64,000 nucleotides of DNA, from contig JAANOX010000126.1 of assembly GCA_020184695.1 (NCBI GenBank), forward strand, positions 496,001 to 560,000. The letters are read 5' to 3'. This document shows positions 41,901 through 50,672 of this stretch, piece by piece. How positions within the stretch are numbered: position 1 is the stretch's first letter; every line of letters begins with the position of its first letter. Source of the DNA: Histomonas meleagridis 2922-C6/04-290x. Its lineage: Eukaryota > Protista > Parabasalia. Made by a program: the position numbers and the translations under genes. The notes beneath the pieces are model-generated. The model worked only from the letters and a program-made list of their open reading frames with translations, ran no database searches and was not told the DNA's origin.

Positions 41901-42446
41901 ATGACAAAATTGCCACTTATTGTTACAGTTCAAGGACATATTAACGAGTGCACAACAACATTATCTAATGAATTATATTGTAAATACATTTTTTCATATG
42001 GTAAAGATTGGTCAATAGGGCAAGGATCTATTGAAGGAGTTACGCAAGTTGTAAAGAGAGGATCAGATAATTCATGCGTATTTAACTTTCCAATTAGTGT
42101 TTCTTTCCAAAGTAGCCAACCTTTTGGCTGGCCACAAATTCTTATTGCAATATATGGACATAATTTGTTTGGCAACGAAATGGTGGTTGGTTACGGAGCT
42201 TCTCATATTCCTTTACAACCAGGACATCACGAGATTAATATACCTCTTTTTGTACCAGCTTCAGCATCTATGATGCAAACAATAATTGGATTTTTTACAG
42301 GTGTTTCACCTGAATACGTAGATCTTAAATTTATTGCCAATGGGGCAAATAGGGAAGTCACGAAAACGAAATCTCAAGGTCAGATATCAGTCACATTTAA
42401 TGTATTGATGCACGGCTTACAAGCTCTAGAACTTTCTGTTACGTAA
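41901..42446 (+). CDS. B9D1: B9 domain protein 1 (ciliary transition zone)
   Basis: LYCKY..SYGKDW, EGVTQ, FNFPI, QPFGWPQI, GYGASHIPLQPGHH and GVSPEY follow the B9D1 pattern. Confidence 0.85.
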   Translation: MTKLPLIVTVQGHINECTTTLSNELYCKYIFSYGKDWSIGQGSIEGVTQVVKRGSDNSCVFNFPISVSFQSSQPFGWPQILIAIYGHNLFGNEMVVGYGASHIPLQPGHHEINIPLFVPASASMMQTIIGFFTGVSPEYVDLKFIANGANREVTKTKSQGQISVTFNVLMHGLQALELSVT

Positions 42447-42746
42447 AATTGTTTGTTCATAAAACCTAGAAAAATGTTCATATAGAAATAATAAATGTTA
42501 AACTTTATGCCAGTTTTTCTTTAGACACATTTTATAAAAGTTTTATTGATGACGCAAATGTTATTAGTAGAAAAAAAATATTCTTTAAAAATATTTAAGA
42601 TTATGATAATTCAATTTATACAATTTCGACAAAAAGTACCATAGGAATACATAAAAAGTTCTTGGTTATCTTTCGTGAAAGATTTACTTAAGAAATTAAA
42701 AAAAATTAAAAATAAATAATTGTGAAGATATGTTTAGGAAGACAAC

Positions 42747-43325
42747 TTATAAGAAAATTCTTAGTTGGTTGTCTAATTTCTTGTAGAAGATAAGTCCCAA
42801 AACAAGTAAAACTTGGAAGCAAGCAAAGAAAATCACAGATCTGATTATTGATGTATTTTTGAGATTTCCAAATGTATCTTGGACTTTCTTGTATGAGTTC
42901 TGTACCCATCCTTTCTGTGTGGATCCAGATGTTTCGGCCAGATTTTGAAGTGAATCAATAAGTTGTGTCTTGAATAACATCATGTCACTGACAATTTGTT
43001 GCTTTGCACCTTCAACAATACTACTTACAGCATCCCTTGTTGCAGTAAATTCGCTTCTCATTGAATTGAAATCTTTTCGAAGAACAGCGTCAGCAATTTC
43101 AACTCTTTCAAGAATTTCATTAATCTTTGATCCTATTTCCGTTTCAACTTCTTCTGCAGTTACACTTTTATCAACTTGACGAGCCAATTCAGCAAGAGAC
43201 CAAAGAATTGCTTGTTCTTCTCTAGCAACAGAATGATCCTCTTTGAGTTGCTCCTTATATTTATTAACAATTGAATCGAATTTTCTGGATGCCGCAAATG
43301 AGAAAAGGAACAGAGCACCAATCAT
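42747..43325 (-). CDS. Type I membrane protein: signal peptide, coiled coil, C-terminal TM and short tail
   Basis: Hydrophobic N-terminus, helical middle, and TM IFFACFQVLLVLGLIFY followed by KK. Confidence 0.7.
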   Translation of the reverse strand: MIGALFLFSFAASRKFDSIVNKYKEQLKEDHSVAREEQAILWSLAELARQVDKSVTAEEVETEIGSKINEILERVEIADAVLRKDFNSMRSEFTATRDAVSSIVEGAKQQIVSDMMLFKTQLIDSLQNLAETSGSTQKGWVQNSYKKVQDTFGNLKNTSIIRSVIFFACFQVLLVLGLIFYKKLDNQLRIFL

Positions 43326-43890
43326 CTGTCAAATCCAACCGATTTGACAGAAATGTCATGTGAAATAATTCTTCCCATTGTATTGAATACAGTTCAAGTT
43401 TTCCTATATAATTTTAAAATGATTAATCATTATTTGCCACATTGTAATAAAATCACATAATTCTTTTATACATTATTTGTAAAATACTCCAAGTTTCTTT
43501 TGAGGTTTGGCTTCTCATACGTTAAGTATCACTTCACTATTTTACAACAGAAAATTCTGAGTTGAATAAACTATTTAATTTAAAGATACTCCCACGTGAG
43601 CTTGGGAATATGAGTAAATCCCTTATACCAAGGTCCTTGGCAAGTAGTAAGTGAAGGAAAGAAACAACAAATAAAAAGATCATATCAGTAAAAATGAATC
43701 AAATTCATGTTGAATTATAATCAAAAAACATAGCTCACACACAAAAGTTTGACCACTACTTCGTTATGCTGAATTGAGGAAAATGGTTTGTAGCATGCTC
43801 CTGAAGATGGCAGCAATAAATTTATCGTACGGAAAAATAGGGAATAAACAAAACATAAGACTTGTGGAGTAGGCAAGTATCTTGATAATC

Positions 43891-44823
43891 GGGTAGACTG
43901 AACTATACCCCCGGAAAAAATACGTTATTTACGATAGAGTACGATAGCCATTTTATGGTCAAAATGATCGTTCAAAAAAATTTCAAATAAATGATTTTTG
44001 GCAGACGTTGTAAAATTTTGTATTCAATATAACCGTTTACATTGATTTTACAATCACGTGAAATCCTCAAAAAGTTAGAACTTAAATTTTGTCAACTTCA
44101 CATATATGTAAAGTATTCATATATTTTACATGAACATTCACTTTTGACGATAGATATACGATATGACTTTTTGAGCCATGGCTCAAAAAGTCATATCGTA
44201 TATCTATCGTCAACCTGGGGTGGCCCCGAAAATTGGGGCTTAGATCGGGTTTCGTTTTAAATATATTAATTATCCACGAATTAAAATAAATTTTAAAGCC
44301 TCTAACCCATTTATATAGTTATATGGAGAAAAAATTCCATGGGGGATCCATGATGGAAAAATTAAATTAATCATTTGGTAAATTTATCTGGAAAAATCTG
44401 TTAAATTATTAATTAATGATTTCAATGCCTTGGTGAATTCTAGAAGAAATAGATAACATTAAACTCGAATTATCAACAAAGGTTCACACTTCTAATGAGA
44501 TTTTTGATCAAAACCTTTCAGAGAACGTTAAATGACACCAACTTTTTAATAAATTTATCTTGGTTGAATCGTGAGCGATCAAGTAAACTTTTCAAAACAG
44601 AAATTCCGGAGGCACCCCGAATACAGTTCTTTATTTAACTTTTTGATAATTTTACGTGGTTGTAAAATTAATGTAAACGGTTATATTGAATACAAAATTT
44701 TACAACGTCGGCCAAAAATCATTTCTTTGAAATTTTTTTTGAACGATCATTTTGACCATAAAATGGCTATCGTACTCTATCGTAAATAACGTATTTTTTC
44801 CGGGGGTATAGTTCATCATAGCC
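43891..44823. mobile_element. Non-autonomous TIR DNA transposon (MITE-like; Mutator- or Merlin-like ends), 933 bp
   Basis: About 180-bp inverted repeats at 43899-44077 and 44636-44815, with imperfect extension to GG...CC termini. An exact 8-bp direct repeat TGATAATC flanks it at 43883-43890 and 44824-44831. No transposase. Confidence 0.88.
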
Positions 44824-45299
44824 TGATAATCTTTTGTCCTTACTGATCATGAAAAAATTGATTTTTTCGAAATTCGTTTGAAAAATCATATTTTGTTGTC
44901 GGATAATAAGCAAAAAAAACATACATATCATATATATCGATTATTATGAATCGGTTCTTCTTGTTTTTAAAGATAAAGATGTTCTAAATATAAAAAAATA
45001 TATTTATTGCTTTTCTGGATGCATCTGTAATTCTTCACCAAAAATTTAATCCATTTTGATCACCTTATAAATTTGTTGAATAATTGGTTGAATGTATAAC
45101 GGCTTACAATCAAATACGGTTCAATAACAAACTTTTTCATAGAGAATAAATAGGGTTACCTTACCTCAGTTTGACATGGTTTTTCCAGGAACTCTGTTTG
45201 AAAGTTCTCTGGAATCAGATTCACTTTTACTGTTCATTCAAAAAGCACTTCAATTGAATTCAATCACTTAAGGGTGTAGTCCCACAATCCAATTTTAAT

Positions 45300-45719
45300 T
45301 CAAAATTAATATACATTCAATTTGAGAGAATTGAAAATTGAAAACCTTGAATTCAAAAAGTCGATCACATTGTGACGGATTCAATTCCCCACAAATTCTG
45401 GAGCTCTTCTCCAGCTTCGCATGATTAATATCTAATATTATCATAAATATCGTAAATAAATAAATTCATGATATAAATGAATATGATTTCTTTTTGTTAA
45501 AATATTCATTATATATTGAAATATGAATCTTCGAAAAATCGACTTTTTTACGAATTAAAATATCTTAACTCTAAAAAAAAAATTGACATTCCATTCTCTA
45601 AGAATTTTAGCGAATCATTTTTAATCTATTATATTAAAATTATATTGAAAAATATTTCGAAACCAGGGACTACATATAAATTTTTTCCAATCTTATTATT
45701 TTATCAATTCAAAAAGTGG
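45300..45719 (+). repeat. 420-bp inverted repeat, left copy (partner 47021-47440)
   Basis: Reverse-complement match in every segment compared by eye. Both copies give the same MKYESSKNRL... peptide in the ORF track. Confidence 0.95.
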
Positions 45720-45869
45720 TAAAAATTTATGAAATGAATTCAATTATTTATTGAAATCATGTTGATTCATATGGATTTCTCAAATAATCAGATTTATTTA
45801 GTTTTTCATTTTTATCTTTCATATTGTGATCTTTGCTCTCTCATTCTTTTTTGAAAATCCACAGATCTC

Positions 45870-46995
45870 CTATGGAAATTTAACAATTTTTTTTTGATTT
45901 TCAAATTGAATAATTCTGTGATAAATGTTTAGAGGTAATTCAGGGAGATTTAGCCTTTGCCGCAAAATCAATCTCCAATTACTCATCTCGTTAAAATCAA
46001 GTAAAGCACAACATAATCGGCACAAAGCTGTTTTCCTTCATGCAAATTCTTTGTTCATCATGTGTGATTTAATCGAATGATAGCATTCATTCAATTGTGT
46101 AGAAACCGATAGCTGGCAATTTTTTAAAATAAATGAAGTCTTTCCTAAAAGCTCATGTAAACATTTAAGAGCATTTGAATCGTTTTTATATTTCCATTCG
46201 AATGTTGATTGTTTGTGTTGAATGCATTTTTCATGATTCTCTTTGTAGTGTTCAAGAGCATTCATCCACAACCGAATATTTTCGAAAGGTGACGATGGAA
46301 ATCTTATCAATAAGTTAAGATATGTGATGAGATGAACTTTTAAATCTTATAGTTTTCCATCAGATTTTTTGTTAAAATTAATGAAATGCCGCTCAGAGAC
46401 TTAATGGTGTGATTAAGGTCCAACATTTCTTCAATTGGCCATATTTTTTTCATTAAGCTTCTCACAGCGCTATCGTTGTCATGGCAATAACCGACAATTC
46501 TTGTATCGTGCTTGATACGTTCTGCCAAATTTTTTATGCAAATGACCTCCATATTTTGTGAGCTTCCATTGTAATTTGTTGGATTAGCATTGGTTGATCG
46601 TTGAAGTACTTCAAAATCTATAATTTTATATTTTATTGGTCATTTGCGGCAACGATACAATGACGACCGTTACGTCGGTGGTCCCAACTACCATCTAGGC
46701 TGATTATTGTGTTGGGTTGCATTAAATTCTTCCAAAATTCAGCACACTCTCTCGCCAATGCTATAATTTTATCGATAACTATATCTACATATTTATAATA
46801 AGTAGAATGTGAAAAAGGATTAATATTATTTTGCATGAAACATAGAGCAACTGATTTATAAGAAAGACCATAAATCAAAATAGAATAAGCAAACTGTAAA
46901 GGATTGAGTAAAGATTGATTTCTATTGTAAATTTTTTCTTTTCCTTTTTGAAGGTTTTGTATTTTTGCTTTTTGTGCTTTCGTCTTTGGCGGCAT
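45870..46995 (-). pseudogene. Disrupted Kolobok-type DDE transposase
   Basis: Across frames: SLDGSWDHRRNG (D1), KIIDFEVL, YCHDNDSAV (D2), LDLNH and STQLNECYHS (E). Frameshifts near 46635 and 46400; in-frame stops near 46349 and at 46038. Confidence 0.8.
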
Positions 46996-47020
46996 TACGT
47001 AATGTTAACAGTTATGGTTG

Positions 47021-47440
47021 CCACTTTTTGAATTGATAAAATAATAAGATTGGAAAAAATTTATATGTAGTCCCTGGTTTCGAAATATTTTTCAATATAA
47101 TTTTAATATAATAGATTAAAAATGATTCGCTAAAATTCTTAGAGAATGGAATGTCAATTTTTTTTTTAGAGTTAAGATATTTTAATTCGTAAAAAAGTCG
47201 ATTTTTCGAAGATTCATATTTCAATATATAATGAATATTTTAACAAAAAGAAATCATATTCATTTATATCATGAATTTATTTATTTACGATATTTATGAT
47301 AATATTAGATATTAATCATGCGAAGCTGGAGAAGAGCTCCAGAATTTGTGGGGAATTGAATCCGTCACAATGTGATCGACTTTTTGAATTCAAGGTTTTC
47401 AATTTTCAATTCTCTCAAATTGAATGTATATTAATTTTGA
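47021..47440 (-). repeat. 420-bp inverted repeat, right copy
   Basis: Reverse complement of 45300-45719. It lies 25 nt upstream of the transposase ATG. Confidence 0.95.
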
Positions 47441-47793
47441 TATGAAGCCTAAATTTATGATTTTACCCTTCGATTTAACGGTTATTTGAAAAAAAAGTCG
47501 AAAAAAATTAATCTTATTTATTTTCTATAATTATATACAATATATTGTATATATATTATTATATTTCATCTTAATCGTCATATGAATAAAATCTGTAAAT
47601 ATCTCATATTTACTAAGATATTCACATTTTGAAAACTTAATTTTGAATTGATATCTGGCCGGACTACACCCTTAAGTGGGAATCCGAAAAATTTTTTCAA
47701 AGAAGTCTTATCAAATTTTGAGTTAGAAGAATCGTTAATTAGGGTGTCAAACTGACACAAAGTTCGGTTTTCGTTTTATATATCATTCAAGGA

Positions 47794-50196
47794 ATGCTTA
47801 CCTTGGTTTTCCAATACCTGTTGTTAGTAGGGTCAATTCCTGATGATTCTGAAATAACAGCTCGAGATACATTTCATCTTCATAATAAAGGTCTCCATGA
47901 TTGCATTGAAAATGAAGATATGAATATAATACCTGCATGGGAAAAAGGTTACACAGGAAAAGGCGTTAAGATTACATTTCTTGATACAGGATGTTTAAAT
48001 ACACATATAGATCTTAAAGATAATTTTGACATTGAAAATTCATGGAACGAAAACACACAAGGGCACATACCGAACGTAGATGTACAAACAAATATGCATG
48101 GCACATCATCGGTTGCAATGGCATCAGCTGCTGCAAATGGTGAAGGTTGTGTTGGTACAGCATATGAATCAAGCTGGTCAATGATCGCAGATAAATCATG
48201 GAAATACACTGGTATTAAAAACATGAGCAAGTTCGTCGAAATGTTAGATCGATCTAATGCTGATATTCGTAGTACTGGAAGCTCCGAACTCGGTGTTGAA
48301 GAAGACGGCCAGTATTATATGGCACCTTATCGCGACTTACCCGAAATCGAAGAACTAATGAATCGATCCATGTCAAAACGAAATGGTCTTGGGCAACTTT
48401 GGTTCCAATCTGCAGGCAATTTTGGCCATCTTGGAATCAATACCAACCTCCTTTTCATCACAACATATCGTCAAGAAATGGCGATTGGTTCTTCGTCACG
48501 CCGTGGCCAACCAATTGGTTATTCACAGATTGGCTGTGTTTTTGTTAATACAGCTTCAGGGGGAAGCGAAATTCCATTTCATCCATTTCGATATGAGCCA
48601 ACAATTTACACCGCAAAAGCTGCGAATAATAGATCCTTTGGCGACTTCTCTGGTACCTCAGGTTCCTCGCCACAAGTTGCCGGCGTTGCCGCATTAGTTC
48701 TTCAAGCCAATCCTAAGTTAACATGGCGTGATGTTCAATATATATTATCATTAACAGCGACAATTAATGATCCAAACCATCCATGGTGGATCACAAATGC
48801 AGCAGGTTATAAGTATCACTATACGCAAGGCTTTGGTCGAGTTGATGCTGGTCTTGCAGTATCTGTAGCTGAAACATGGACTAATGTTGCATCCGAAGTA
48901 CACGTTGTTTCGAAAGAAGATAAATCCGAATATTATATGCCCAAGATCCTTGAAGACTTTGCTGAGATATCAATTGAAGTTCCACCAGGAATACAATTCA
49001 TGGAATATTTAGTGTTTAAGTTTGGTGTTGTTAGAAAGCAAGCATCACATCTTCATTTCATATTAACATCCCCACAAGGCACTGAATTCACTATTTTATT
49101 CCCAAGTAATGTGCTTTGTGTTACTCCGGACAAGAAGTTTTATTCTGCAGATAAGTTACGTTTAGCTACACGCGCATTCTTTGGTGAAAACCCAACAGGT
49201 ATATGGAAACTGAAGTTTAAGCAACAAGCATATTTCGTCAATGACAAGTTATTACATCCATCACTTGAAATATGGGGCACAGCTGAGAAGCCAAACTTAC
49301 CAAACATCACACGAAGAAAAGCAGCAACAAATACAATTGTTGTAGACACAGGTAAATCAACACGAGAAAGCGAAACAATCAAAATCGAAAATCCAGTATG
49401 CGGAGAAAAGATGAAAATCACATTAACACTTGACAGTGATCGCGCTCCAATTACAGAGAGTGCAAATATACCAATAGTATTATGGGATGGAAATGACACA
49501 TTTAATCTTGGCTCAATGAGATCTAATCCATATGAAATGCCCGCTCCATGTGTTTTTAAGGACAATTCGACATATACAATCAGTGCAAGGTATATTACCA
49601 ATTATCAAGTTGACTTTATCTCAACACAAGTTACATTTAGGAACACAAAGAAACCATCGAATTCATTAATTAAACCGAAGCCTTATGACGTAGTTAACTA
49701 TACTGATGGCTTGGATTGCCAATGGGTTCGAAATGACGACAAATTGAAACATACACTTTATGAAGAGAAAGTAGTTATCGATGTAATGGATCTCGAAACA
49801 AAGGACACAATTGTACAATATCAATCGCTTAGTGGACCTGATAATGGTAATATTCATATTCCTTTACAAAGAGAATGTTTGAAATGCGTTTTAACGATTA
49901 CACCAGTTAAGGAATCGAAATCAGATCCATGCGCAGCGTACATTGTGCCTTTCACTGCTGTAGCAAATTCTTCTTCGAAAGTGCCCGAAAAATGGTATAT
50001 GGATCTGTCGAACAAGAGATGTAACATACCGGAGGGAATTTTGGTGGGTCAGCCACCTCAACAAAGAAGAAACAGAAGATGGATTGCAGGACTCGTTGTG
50101 GTGGTAATTGCACTAATTATTATCGGCGTTATTGTGCTGCTCGTTTTGAGAAGGCGTAAGATAAAGAATGACCAGAGTTTTAACTCATTTGCATAA
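47794..50196 (+). CDS. Kexin/furin-like S8 protease with P domain and C-terminal TM
   Basis: Signal peptide, ITFLDTG (D), MHGTSS (H), SAGN (N), SGTSGSSPQVAG (S), LTWRDVQ, N.AGY.YHY..GFGRVDA, a P-domain segment (LTSPQGT, GENPTGIWKL) and a TM helix. Confidence 0.92.
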   Translation: MLTLVFQYLLLVGSIPDDSEITARDTFHLHNKGLHDCIENEDMNIIPAWEKGYTGKGVKITFLDTGCLNTHIDLKDNFDIENSWNENTQGHIPNVDVQTNMHGTSSVAMASAAANGEGCVGTAYESSWSMIADKSWKYTGIKNMSKFVEMLDRSNADIRSTGSSELGVEEDGQYYMAPYRDLPEIEELMNRSMSKRNGLGQLWFQSAGNFGHLGINTNLLFITTYRQEMAIGSSSRRGQPIGYSQIGCVFVNTASGGSEIPFHPFRYEPTIYTAKAANNRSFGDFSGTSGSSPQVAGVAALVLQANPKLTWRDVQYILSLTATINDPNHPWWITNAAGYKYHYTQGFGRVDAGLAVSVAETWTNVASEVHVVSKEDKSEYYMPKILEDFAEISIEVPPGIQFMEYLVFKFGVVRKQASHLHFILTSPQGTEFTILFPSNVLCVTPDKKFYSADKLRLATRAFFGENPTGIWKLKFKQQAYFVNDKLLHPSLEIWGTAEKPNLPNITRRKAATNTIVVDTGKSTRESETIKIENPVCGEKMKITLTLDSDRAPITESANIPIVLWDGNDTFNLGSMRSNPYEMPAPCVFKDNSTYTISARYITNYQVDFISTQVTFRNTKKPSNSLIKPKPYDVVNYTDGLDCQWVRNDDKLKHTLYEEKVVIDVMDLETKDTIVQYQSLSGPDNGNIHIPLQRECLKCVLTITPVKESKSDPCAAYIVPFTAVANSSSKVPEKWYMDLSNKRCNIPEGILVGQPPQQRRNRRWIAGLVVVVIALIIIGVIVLLVLRRRKIKNDQSFNSFA

Positions 50197-50672
50197 AATA
50201 AAAAACATCGCTTCTCAAAAAGTGACATTACTTATAAAAACTGATACTTGGCCAGGCGGTTCGATCAATGCTATCGAAAAGTGTCGTTTAACGGCCGCTG
50301 ATTGTGTTTTTCAAACAGAAGTCAAAATTTAACAGTACTGTGAATTATCAATGACAAAGACATGTGACGTAAAATGAGGTTAATCAAGACTTATTCCTTG
50401 AAGGTGTGTAAGGCAGCTGCCATCTAAAATAAGACGTGTAAATAAATTGGGGAATATAAAGTTCATAGTATAAAGGATATCTTGTATCAACTTCCATTAG
50501 TTTTGAAACTTGATTGGATGTTTAATTAAGTAATGATTATTTTCATTAAACGCCAAGAACATTTTGTTAATTGCAACGATTTCATATGAAACAAATTTCA
50601 ATTGTTGATATTTTTGGTGGAGTTGGTGGCACTTCCATAAAAATCAAAAAGTATTTTTGTAAATTTGAATAA

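Larger units (their letters stand above)
45272..47671. mobile_element. Kolobok-like DNA transposon, 2400 bp
   Basis: TTAA target duplication at 45268-45271 and 47672-47675, 11-bp TIR GGGTGTAGTCC/GGACTACACCC with GG termini, and an internal DDE transposase relic. TTAA plus RR termini is the established Kolobok signature. Confidence 0.88.

Noticed and set aside
45516-45722. ORF MKYESSKNRL... and its twin at 47012-47224 as genes
   Set aside because: They start on TTG, have no motif, and are identical only because they lie in the 420-bp inverted repeat.
45870-46995. Stop-codon reassignment or programmed frameshifting in the transposase
   Set aside because: The lesions are mixed (two frameshifts, a TAA and a TGA), and all conserved genes in the window translate fully under the standard code.
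45168-47755. Outer 10-bp inverted repeat CAGTTTGACA/TGTCAAACTG as the ends of a larger host element
   Set aside because: Only 10 bp with no matching TSD, so it could be chance.
50200-50450. GC-richer intergenic stretch as a possible ncRNA
   Set aside because: I recognised no snRNA, snoRNA or tRNA motif. One frame looks like a decayed coding fragment, but it could not be identified.
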